A stretch of DNA of 63,496 bases, filler included, from Klebsormidium nitens (lineage: Eukaryota; Plantae; Klebsormidiophyceae): NCBI GenBank assembly GCA_000708835.1. It is 4 parts of 4 records of this genome, joined end to end, with 100 filler letters (N's around TTAATTAATTAA, not from the genome) between each part and the next. Parts side by side here need not be neighbours in the genome. Positions count along the whole stretch, not along the records: positions 1 to 29,948 come from DF237777.1; 3 more parts are not named here. One strand, given 5' to 3'. Below are positions 11,256 through 20,400 of this stretch, piece after piece; position 1 is the stretch's first letter; the number at the start of each line of letters is the position of its first letter. The notes under the pieces were generated by a model. That model had not been told where the DNA came from. It ran no database searches and was given only the letters and a program-made list of their open reading frames with translations. Position numbers and translations under genes: made by a program.

Positions 11256-11750
11256 CTACATGCTCTTGAGCTGCTTTTTCGAAATCCGATTGTCACATTC
11301 ATCCTCAATGTTTGGAAGTCTGTGAATTCGTTTGCCTTGATACATTCTCTTGTAGAAATCATCTACCTTCATCTTTAATGCAGAAGTCTTGTAGGTCCCT
11401 CGAAATGGCATATTCGCCGAAGCCTGCTGTTCCAATGGTAATGGAGCCAAAGTCACTTCGTATGCATATGTCTTATGATTGTTTCCTCTTGTCGTTTCCT
11501 CGGTTAGAACAGCAACTTTGTAGGGCATATTCACCTTTTCTTGCTTTTTCAAGGTCCGACAGATTGCGCTACCTGCCCGGGTACCAATCTGGCAAACACG
11601 CCCATTTGTATTGTCAATGTGGAAGCGGCCTTTGCTGAGAATATTAGATCGATCCACAACTCTCTTATTAACGATTTCAAATGCATTCAGTATGCGAAAC
11701 GAGCGAAGGTTTGAATGAGCTCCATCGAATTGGGAGGGTTCATCGATCAT
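11256..11750 (-). CDS. MC1-like DNA-bending/chromatin protein (NCLDV type)
   Basis: RSFRI...GRF.ID...GRVCQIGTRAGSAI...VLTEETTRGNNHKTYAYEV fits the RSF.../A..KA.../LRETTRGS.KK.Y.Y pattern of viral MC1-like proteins. Paralog at 45069-45662. Likely ATG at 11750 (the ORF track starts at 11954). Confidence 0.6.
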   Translation of the reverse strand: MIDEPSQFDGAHSNLRSFRILNAFEIVNKRVVDRSNILSKGRFHIDNTNGRVCQIGTRAGSAICRTLKKQEKVNMPYKVAVLTEETTRGNNHKTYAYEVTLAPLPLEQQASANMPFRGTYKTSALKMKVDDFYKRMYQGKRIHRLPNIEDECDNRISKKQLKSM

Positions 11751-12213
11751 CACTGGGGCTTTGTCTCTTAGAAGGAAAAAATGCTTCAGCTTTCTGAATG
11801 ACCCTGTAGCAAAATAGCTTTCTATTATGCGGCCCTGAGAGCTCAATGAGTTGGGCACAGCACACAAGATGCCTCGCGAGCAAGGAAAGGTGCAAGCACG
11901 GAAGTAGAGAATAAGGACCCCTAATGCACTTAAATCGTGAACGTGCTCCCTCACTAATTCTATCTTAAATGTATAATTTCCTGGAAATTTCCTATTTTTT
12001 TAAGGGGCCCTGTTGCGCTTTCTTCCGATTGATCTTTAGCATCACTATAAGCAATTCGAAAAATGTGACCTCCTCTCCTCACAATTCTGGATTGCTGAAT
12101 ATAACCGTTCCAATAACAAACAAAAGTGAACGGCTCATGGTTACGGAACCAACTCAAACCTCTGAGTGCGTTCCAAAATTGCAGAATTATTCTTGGCGTA
12201 ACATCATAGCAGC

Positions 12214-13341
12214 ATGGCTATGATATCAGCTGATTCCTCGACCGTTGACGAAGCATGCAACGGCCGTTCTGAAAGCAACGCAACCTGCTCCGAAAATATC
12301 AAAACGATACCAATATGCGGAGAACAGTATTGTCTTAGCGTCTTGCAAGACGGGTCGAATCGAGCGGCATCCACTTGCAGCCAATATGTCAACAGTCTAA
12401 CCGGGATCTATCGCGCACTCATGAGAAACGAAACAGCCGAATTGCCTGCCAGTATAGACTGGATTCGAGATGCTGCTAAAGTGTTGAATGTTATTAAGGA
12501 GCGAGAAGGCAGTGCTGAGAAGCCCTGGAGTCCTGGCAGCGTGTGCAACAAGCTCACTCCATTAATGGCCATATCGAAATCACAAAAGTGGACCGATGCT
12601 TATGAGCAGTATTACACAGCATTCATCTTGGCGAAGAATAAACAGCGAAACCAAACCATGTGCCAAATGCCCACTGAACGCGAGAAAGGAAATTGGATTA
12701 GCATGGAAGAGATAAAGGCAAAAGTGGAGGAACTTGGACGTAGAATCAGACGGCAGATTGTTCCCAATTATCAAATCGGGAAGCCTCTCGAGCGCAGCGA
12801 CATCAAAGTCGTCTTTCAGCACCTCATTTTGGCTGCAAACACGCTTGAGCCGCCAAAAAGAAGAGACTATAGTGACCTCCCCTTGCAGAAGCCGGACGGT
12901 TCGTTCTATAGTGTGGAAGCGCAGAACGTGTTTGAACAATCTGGAAACGTCATGAAGGAATGCTCAAAGGACTCTTTCGTGCTCACATTGAAAACGTTCA
13001 AGACCTCGGCAAAGTATGGCACTCAGGAGTTCCCATTGAGCAGACGCCTTTCGCAATACATCAAGCGATCTTTAATCCTTGTTCCGAGGCCGTTTTTCTT
13101 GACGAAACTGAATGACCTCACTAAACCTATCTCGGACAATCACTTGAGCCGGTTTATTGCAGATATTGAGTTTAGCAAAGGGAGATATCTGACCACAAAC
13201 CATTTGAGGCACATCTACATCTCAGATGCGTTTAAAGGCGACCATTCGATCTCTCAGAGGCAAGCTGTGGCGAAAAGAATGCTCCACGACTGGTGGACAG
13301 CAATGCAGAGTTATGAAAGGAAGCATCATGGAGGCGGCTAG
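12214..13341 (+). CDS. Tyrosine recombinase (PLV/NCLDV-type)
   Basis: All catalytic-type residues in order: PPKRRDY (R), FKTSAKYG (K), NHLRHIYIS (HxxR), MLHD (H), QSY (Y). 375 aa, intronless. Confidence 0.88.
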   Translation: MAMISADSSTVDEACNGRSESNATCSENIKTIPICGEQYCLSVLQDGSNRAASTCSQYVNSLTGIYRALMRNETAELPASIDWIRDAAKVLNVIKEREGSAEKPWSPGSVCNKLTPLMAISKSQKWTDAYEQYYTAFILAKNKQRNQTMCQMPTEREKGNWISMEEIKAKVEELGRRIRRQIVPNYQIGKPLERSDIKVVFQHLILAANTLEPPKRRDYSDLPLQKPDGSFYSVEAQNVFEQSGNVMKECSKDSFVLTLKTFKTSAKYGTQEFPLSRRLSQYIKRSLILVPRPFFLTKLNDLTKPISDNHLSRFIADIEFSKGRYLTTNHLRHIYISDAFKGDHSISQRQAVAKRMLHDWWTAMQSYERKHHGGG

Positions 13342-13415
13342 ACTTCACATAACAATGATGGACTCGTTTTAAAGCTTCTCTTCCGACTCTTGAATTCTCG
13401 TACTAACTGCTAGCA

Positions 13416-13745
13416 TTATGATGCCTCAATAGTGGCTAAAGCGCTTGGAATCATGTGAAAGGGTTCTTCGCGGCTTAGATGAGGGCCTAAAACATTGGCT
13501 TCGATTGTGAAACCAGCATCTTTCAACTTGATCAATGTCCGTTTCTGTGGTTTGATGCCCTTTAGGTATCTTGCGTACGCCTTGCTTAACAGGATTGAAT
13601 CTTTGTTCCTCTGATAGTATCGCCTCACTGACATGCAATGCTGTTCGGGGTGCATCTTTCGATATTGACGTTGTGAGCAGCACGTGTGGCACTCGCAGCT
13701 TGTTGCTTCGTTGGAAGGTGCCTCTATGTTGCCGTTGCTAGCCAT
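13416..13745 (-). CDS. Small basic helical protein (RRYYQRNKDSILL motif), putative DNA-binding
   Basis: Likely ATG at 13745, divergent from the D5 gene. Homologous to 44185-44598 (YYQRNK..ILL vs WYQRHK..ILL; TLIKLKDAG vs TISKLKEAG). Confidence 0.65.
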   Translation of the reverse strand: MASNGNIEAPSNEATSCECHTCCSQRQYRKMHPEQHCMSVRRYYQRNKDSILLSKAYARYLKGIKPQKRTLIKLKDAGFTIEANVLGPHLSREEPFHMIPSALATIEAS

Positions 13746-13751
13746 TTGTGA

Positions 13752-16700
13752 TTGGATCACTACAAGCAAGCCACGAAAATATTTCAGCGACGGCTCGACC
13801 GCACGCGTTCAAATATGGCCATTGATTATTTCCTCAACCAAGATGAGGATCCAAGTTTGTCTGCCATGGCCTTTGAAAGTCCCACGAGCACCCCCCAGCA
13901 CGTTGCTTCTGATACTAATGATCATGCTGCAGCGGTGCCCGGAGCTTCCAACAATGTTGTAGGCCTAAGGTCCCAAGGGGCCAAGGGGCCTCTCCCTGAG
14001 CTCCCAAGCCCTAGTGCCATTGGACTTGAGATCCAACGGCTCTGCGATCATGGGCTATTTTCAATTCCCGTATGCCTCCGCTGGGATTCGGATGAAGGCA
14101 GGAAAAAACCAATATTCCCTAAGAAATACGAACACATCAAAACCAAGGAGTCATGGTGGAAGTCAATCAACCAAGCAATGGAGGAAAGGCGATTCGATGC
14201 GAACGGGCTTGCCATTCTAACAGGAGTTAGTGGTCTGTTTTGTATCGACATCGATATCTCTACAAAAGATGAGAAAAGCAAGCGCCCGGGGATCGAGCTC
14301 TGGGAGCAACTTGTCCATGAGCACGGAGAACCGGAAACGCTTCGGGCAAGGACGGGATCAGGGGGCATTCATCTGTACTTCAAGGCCGACTCCCCGGGTT
14401 TGAAGCGGAAAAGGAACTTTCAAGGCGTAAAGGTTAACGGTGAAGCCTACGGTATCGATGGAAGGGCGGCTGGAGGAGTAATTTTTGCTGAGCCAACAAG
14501 CTATGTGAACGGCCAAGGTGAGCTTGCAATCTACCGGTGGGAGACTGAGAACGGGCCTCCCAGCTACGAGGCATGCCGAGAGATGCCCGTGTGGCTGACG
14601 GAGCTGGCGAATAACCCCAACGGCCATGGCCACGCAGCTGCAGGCGAGGAAGAAGAAGAGACAGGTGACGAAACTCAAGCAGCGGATACCAATGCGCCGC
14701 CCTCCAACATGACCATTAGTCCAAGCAATCAACGAAACGGCAATACAGAAGCGTCACATGGCAAAGAGCTTTTGTTGAAGGAACAATCGGAGATGCTTAA
14801 GGAAATCGGCGACTCAACGAGCACTTTTGCAAGCACACTCTCGCATGGGCTCTATGGAACCTACTATTGCTATCGAACGCATGGGCCACGGAGGTGCTAT
14901 TTGGGACACATGCACTCCGGAAGCAACAACTTCAATCTGCTGAAGAGAGGCCGCAAGATCTACTATCGCTGCCACGGTGACGACTGCTCCCACAAGCCGG
15001 CCAAAAAGCTCGGGGTCCTAAGCCTCAAGGCTGCCTTGCAGGATGCTACTGCAGAGCCGGTCGATCCTGATGACGATATGCAAGCGATTACCAAGTACAC
15101 CCGAGGCAGTCAAGAGGTGCAAGACTTACTTCTACGCATCGTTATTGAGCATGCGGCTCCCAAGGCCTTTGCCAATCTGGGACGTCTATTTGCTTATTTG
15201 TATATGATCGAGTGTCGGATCCTTGCAACTACAAACGAGACGGAGAAGAGTCGAGATCAGATATTCTTTGTATGGAACGGGACCTCTTGGGCACAAGACA
15301 CATCCAACCTGGTCATGGACGTATTCACAAGTCAGATGGGCTGTCTGTTGGCATGGTATGAGAAGCAGCGAGAGAGGTGCTTGAGCACCTTGTGCGCAGG
15401 CCGCCCTGAATTAGAGGGTTTTGTGGTCGGTGGCGTCCTACAGTCTCTCGATTCCAAAGAGGTCGATTCCAAGCAGGCGAAAAAGGTTAAGATGGCTGTG
15501 GACTCATGTATAAAAGAGCTAGAGAAGACCATGCCAAGCTTTGGGAAGATCAATGTGCAGGATCCCGCTGATGTTCGCAAGTGCATGCATTCCGTGGTAC
15601 CTAAGTTGCACGTGAAGGGATTGCTCGACCTGTTCGATCAAGACCCGACAGTTGCAAATGCTCAGAACGGGCTGATCGACCTTATAACGGGTGCTCTGCT
15701 TTCCCACCACCCCCAAGATCTCTGCAACAATCAGACTTGCAAGTACATTTCCGGCGCGTCCACACGATCAACCGCCCGATTTCAAACGTTCTTAATGGAT
15801 ATCCTCCCACCGGAGGCGATCAAGTGGCTCCAGATGTTTCTGGGATACTGCCTGACGGGAGAGACATCGGAGGAACTCTTAGTGATTGCCAACGGGCTAA
15901 GTGGAGCGAATGGTAAAAGCGCGCTGAAGGGAGCGCTTGAAAGGGCATTCGGAAGCTATGCTTGCCCTGGTAACAAAGCCATCTTTATGAAGCCTTCATT
16001 CAAGGCCAATGGTTCCGCGGCATCGAGTCACCTGATGCAGATTCGGACCAATAGATTCGTCTCATGTGACGAAAGCGATGGAGTCGAAGAGCTCCATGCA
16101 TCATTCTTGAAGGAGGCGAGCACAGGAGGTAGGATCAACGCACGTGAGCTGTTTTGCAAAGCACAGAGCTACGTGCCGCAATACAAGCTTTTCCTATTTA
16201 CGAACTATCGGCCACACTTTCCAAGTGATGACACCGCCCTCATTCGGCGGATGGTTCTCATGATGTTCAACTACACCTTCAAAACCCCAGACAAGCTTGA
16301 TGCAAACAATGAATGGCACAAGCCCATTGATGTGAGCTTGAAGCCCTACTTCGAGTCGGATGAAGGAGCAGCTGACACTCTAGACTTTTGCGTTCGGGGA
16401 GCAATCATGTATTATGCTGAAAAGGAGCTTGCACCCAGCTCAAAGGTTCTCTCCCCTATTCCGAAGGCGTTCATGGCTGCAGTCGACGAGTATGCTGAAG
16501 AGAACGACAAGCTTCAAGCGTTCATTGACGAGGCTTGCACAACCAAGGGCGCGAATCTCAGTGTTGCCAAATCTGATTTCGTTGAGGCCTTCACGACTTT
16601 CTTGTATGCGGGCGGACATGATGTGACTTTGGCGGGCGACGGATTGGCAAGAGCGATGTGCTTGAAAGGATTCTCGCAGAAGCCGCCAGGAGGGGGAAAC

Positions 16701-16832
16701 AATCCAATGATAAGGACCCTCGATGGTAAGAAACGGGGAAGAGGCTTCTTTGGGATCCGTTTAAAGACCGACGAAGAACTTATGGAAGCGGCTAAGAAGG
16801 ATCCCGACCCTAAACAGCCTGATACAACATGA
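13752..16832 (+). CDS. Prim-Pol (bifunctional primase/polymerase) + Cys/His domain + D5-like SF3 helicase
   Basis: N-terminal LFCIDID, TGSGGIHLYF and IDGRAAGGVIF. D5_N-like DPTVANAQNGLIDL. Walker A GANGKS and Walker B FVSCDES. Later TNYRP and RRMV motifs. 1026-aa intronless ORF; first ATG at 13815. Confidence 0.92.
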   Translation: MDHYKQATKIFQRRLDRTRSNMAIDYFLNQDEDPSLSAMAFESPTSTPQHVASDTNDHAAAVPGASNNVVGLRSQGAKGPLPELPSPSAIGLEIQRLCDHGLFSIPVCLRWDSDEGRKKPIFPKKYEHIKTKESWWKSINQAMEERRFDANGLAILTGVSGLFCIDIDISTKDEKSKRPGIELWEQLVHEHGEPETLRARTGSGGIHLYFKADSPGLKRKRNFQGVKVNGEAYGIDGRAAGGVIFAEPTSYVNGQGELAIYRWETENGPPSYEACREMPVWLTELANNPNGHGHAAAGEEEEETGDETQAADTNAPPSNMTISPSNQRNGNTEASHGKELLLKEQSEMLKEIGDSTSTFASTLSHGLYGTYYCYRTHGPRRCYLGHMHSGSNNFNLLKRGRKIYYRCHGDDCSHKPAKKLGVLSLKAALQDATAEPVDPDDDMQAITKYTRGSQEVQDLLLRIVIEHAAPKAFANLGRLFAYLYMIECRILATTNETEKSRDQIFFVWNGTSWAQDTSNLVMDVFTSQMGCLLAWYEKQRERCLSTLCAGRPELEGFVVGGVLQSLDSKEVDSKQAKKVKMAVDSCIKELEKTMPSFGKINVQDPADVRKCMHSVVPKLHVKGLLDLFDQDPTVANAQNGLIDLITGALLSHHPQDLCNNQTCKYISGASTRSTARFQTFLMDILPPEAIKWLQMFLGYCLTGETSEELLVIANGLSGANGKSALKGALERAFGSYACPGNKAIFMKPSFKANGSAASSHLMQIRTNRFVSCDESDGVEELHASFLKEASTGGRINARELFCKAQSYVPQYKLFLFTNYRPHFPSDDTALIRRMVLMMFNYTFKTPDKLDANNEWHKPIDVSLKPYFESDEGAADTLDFCVRGAIMYYAEKELAPSSKVLSPIPKAFMAAVDEYAEENDKLQAFIDEACTTKGANLSVAKSDFVEAFTTFLYAGGHDVTLAGDGLARAMCLKGFSQKPPGGGNNPMIRTLDGKKRGRGFFGIRLKTDEELMEAAKKDPDPKQPDTT

Positions 16833-17299
16833 TACAACAATCTCGTCATCTTCAGACGGGCGTGTATCAGCTTTAAAAGATCCAGTTTTCCTCTCGAATT
16901 AGCGCTATCATGATGCCAACGGACCGGAGTTATGTGTCAAAAAAAGGCCATGTGTCTCCCAAATCATGCAATTGTGGCGAGCCGTTCTGCAATCTGGCCA
17001 GTGGGGGTTGATACAATTGATACAAGATACAACATAAAATTGTCAAGAATATTGTTAAAGTGAAATGTCTTCACAACATAATAGGGCAATCCTTTGCCAG
17101 AGTCCAGTGTATCAGTTGTATCGGCTCCCATTGCACCAATCTCGCCTCTTTCGCGCTCGCACATGCAAATGCGTGCAATGCGGACCTTCATTGCAACAAT
17201 CGAGAGCGTGGGAAACCGTTTTTCAACCGTTTAAAGCCATCTAATCTGCTATATAGAGCGTGATACATACCGCGATTGGTGTATCAGCTGTTGTATCGA
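16820..17299. repeat. Cluster of at least 11 GATACA/TGTATC motifs in both orientations (iteron-like)
   Basis: (t/a)gataca at 16820, 16830, 17009, 17018, 17025 and 17261; tgtatc(a/g) at 16863, 17108, 17117, 17280 and 17292. Confidence 0.8.
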
Positions 17300-17416
17300 C
17301 GTAAGAGCATGCTGCAAGTGCATTGGTGTGTCACGTTACCTCACAAGACTCCTTCTTGAACTTCGAGGCCATATAGAAGTGTTGCCAAGGTGGGCAACTT
17401 GGAATGCTCATGAATA

Positions 17417-20400
17417 TCAACGGCGCGCTCCTCTGATCAAGCCCCTCAATGGATTGCTACCTTCGCTCCACAAAACTGCGTACTTTGAGCGCTCAAAGAG
17501 CGTGTCAAGGATTGTTGTGACCCTGCTCAAAAGCCGCCGAATGCTAGTGATCTGCTGAAGGCTAGCTGCACATCTCTTCAACCCGGAGTTTATGCCCTCG
17601 GAGGCCGTCGTGATTGTGTGGCTGTGTTGCGGAAAAGAGTCGATGAAGAGCGTCGGAGAACAAGTGTGCGTCGCATAACGCTTGGCTCCCGATGGAGCGC
17701 AGCTCACAGGGCCCGAGTGGAAGCGATCCACAATGAAGAGCATGAACTTGGCGAGCTGTGGCACCCGGTTGAGGGGCCACTCCTGAGCGTTGCAAGCAGC
17801 GTCCTCGACAATTGTGAGCCCTCGCAGCGTCTTGAAAGGGAATCGGGTGAGCAGCACCGTGCCGAGGTCAGAAACGGACTCCCCACCCTTCAGCCAATGA
17901 TAGCCTAGGGGAGCCCGATCTTGGCAGCAGGCAATGAACACCCCAGCGCGGCCCTTGGAAGACCGAGGATTTGGAGCGCTGCAGTGCTGGCTGAGCCGCT
18001 CCTCCGACCCCTTCTTCACTCGGCCCATCTCGTCTTCCCAATCCTCGAATCTTGGGCGCCCATAGAGCAACGAGTGGAAAGGATATTGAGAGACTTCAGC
18101 AACTCGCTCCGCATAAGCTGCTGAAGGCGCCTGAAGGAAGCCACCCTCTCCATAACACTCTGGCTCACGAACCTCCAGCTCAAATAGGAGCGAGTTGGCG
18201 GCCCTCTTCAGCGCCACGCCCCTTTGCTCAGCGTACTAAATTGCAGCCCCTTCTTGCTGTTCCACGAGCCGCCGCTTCTCACGCTCGACCGCCCAGAGGT
18301 GCTCAGTTGCATCGTGGAGGGTAGCCAAAGGCGACAGAGAGGAGGAGCAATGCCAGTTGGCGCTTGGCTCAAAGCAAAGGAGATTGGTCGCATAGATGTC
18401 CCGCAAGAGAGGCCTCACTGTCGTCGGAAAGGCATACAAGCCGCCGCCAACAGGTTGATGGCGCAAGATGGCCGCCAGCATGGGGCCGTCTTCAGAGAGG
18501 TACGCCATCCCTCGCTCGTCAAGCGGCCCTTCCAGCAGCAGGTGGCGGAGCAGCTTGAGTGTCACCACGTGACCAAACACCCACGAGTAGCGGGGGATGA
18601 GGAGGGCGTGGAGGAGAGCCCCAAACGGCTGGAAGTGTGTCGGGCACCAGCCCGTCGCCCCCACAGGCCCTTCCTTGAGAAATCCTTGCATCCAAGGCCG
18701 CCGAGGGACCGCCTTGCAGATCGCACACGTGTCAGGGGTTGGACACGCTCCCGACTCTGTCACGTGGTCAATGAGAGCCCTCACGTTTGGAGGCAGCCCC
18801 TCGCGCATGGTCGCAAACTCCTCGGCCGACAGGGGCGCATTGCTTCCTTGTCCTGGCGCCTTGCGAAAGTTGCACCATCTGAATGCCAGATTGCGAACGG
18901 CCGGCCGCAGCTCCGATAGTCCGTTGCGAAACTTCCAAGGGCAGTCGATTCCTTCCAAAGGCACGTTCGAGGGTCGCACTCCACCGACGCTTAGGGGCGT
19001 GAAGCCGCCAGCTACCCGAGGCGCCTCCGGATCCGGTTCGCAGATGCTATGCAGCGAGGCCTCCGAGCTGTCGCGCATGGCGCTCGAGTTGGCAAAAAAG
19101 GTCCCATCGAAAGTGATGAACCTTGTCCCGGCCGAAGGCATAGGTTGACAGGTCGGAGCTTGGCCCCTCCATTCGCTGCGCTCTGAGAGGGCTGCCAGCT
19201 TTTCGAGCCTCCGCTTCGGCCGCCTCCACCTCTGATGTGTAGAGGTGCGTGCAGTTGGCACGTGAGCAGACGTGCTGGATGCGCGAGCGTGCAGCTAGGT
19301 CGTTGAAGGCTTGCATGGCCGCATCAAAGACCCGATCGTCCAGCCTGGGCACGTCTGACCCTTCGAGGCACCGCGTAGCCATGTCGGATGCATCGAAGTT
19401 GAGCGAGTGGCTTGCACCAAGGGCCGCACCAAAGTGGTTGCGAAGGAGGAGGCCGTGGGAGATCAGGGTGTGGCCCGAGAAGTTGAAGATGCCATCTTCC
19501 TGTAGAGTCATAGCAAAGGAAGGCGGTTAGTTGCTGCGTTTAAAACGAGTGTTGTCTTTTGGGGGCTATCAATAGCGGTCCGTCCTCCAGAATGGACACC
19601 AACGCACATTTAGGATTGGTGTTGAACATCATCGGCGAGAATGGCAAGCTCGACATTGAAGACCTCTCAAACGCTGCTTGTACATGCACAGACGCACGTG
19701 ACTATGTAGAAAGCAGGCTACACGAGTATCCACAATCAACAAGAGCTCCCTTGCCAGGTCCGCATCCTTGCGGAGAAGTGCTCCCAATGCAAAAATGTAC
19801 GATCTGTAAGCAGAGCGATTTTTGCTTCCACTGGCCCTTTCCACACCTTCTTGGAGTAGCTGTTTGCAGAGATTGTATCGCAAGAAAGTACGGTGTCCTG
19901 GGCTGTTTGACAACCATGGAAGCTCGACGCAAGTATCGAGTGCGTGATCTATCACGCTTGCCTTGGGTTCCAACACCTGAGCCACCTTATAAAGCCCGCT
20001 TCTATCTCAAATCGAGCATCGTGCTAAGAGCGCTTCAGGAGAAGAATGAAAGTCGAGACTTGCGAAAGGCACGTGGCGCTAGCAGCAAAAGGGCGATGGC
20101 GCGATCGAAGATGAAAGAAGCTTGTGAGGCTTTTACTCCCCCGGATGATCTTCATCGTTTGTGATTGTATTCGCCTCTAATCATCTTCTAAGTGCGCAAC
20201 AACGAACAACAATCAGCCCACGTTGCTGCAAGCGTGAACGGTGTTGGAAGCCAAAACTCACCTGTCCATCGTAAGCTAGTGAACAGCACGCCGCCTCACG
20301 CCCTGGAGCGATGCGGCAAACCCGTCGGTACGTGGTGACCTCGTAGCGCGCGCCGGCCATTGTGAGCCCTCCTTTTCTGCTCTCGAGTTGCCAAGGTTGA

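Larger units (their letters stand above)
10500..17320. mobile_element. Intronless virus-like island: tyrosine recombinase + Prim-Pol/D5 primase-helicase + MC1-like + small proteins; no capsid gene seen
   Basis: Five closely packed intronless ORFs with visibly lower GC than the flanks. The gene set resembles PLV/NCLDV accessory modules. Ends are approximate; no att site or TSD identified. Confidence 0.65.

Noticed and set aside
10490-17415. att sites or TSD at the island borders (ttcaagaa/ttcttgaa; tgaatatc twice)
   Set aside because: 8-bp matches at arbitrary positions are not distinguishable from chance.
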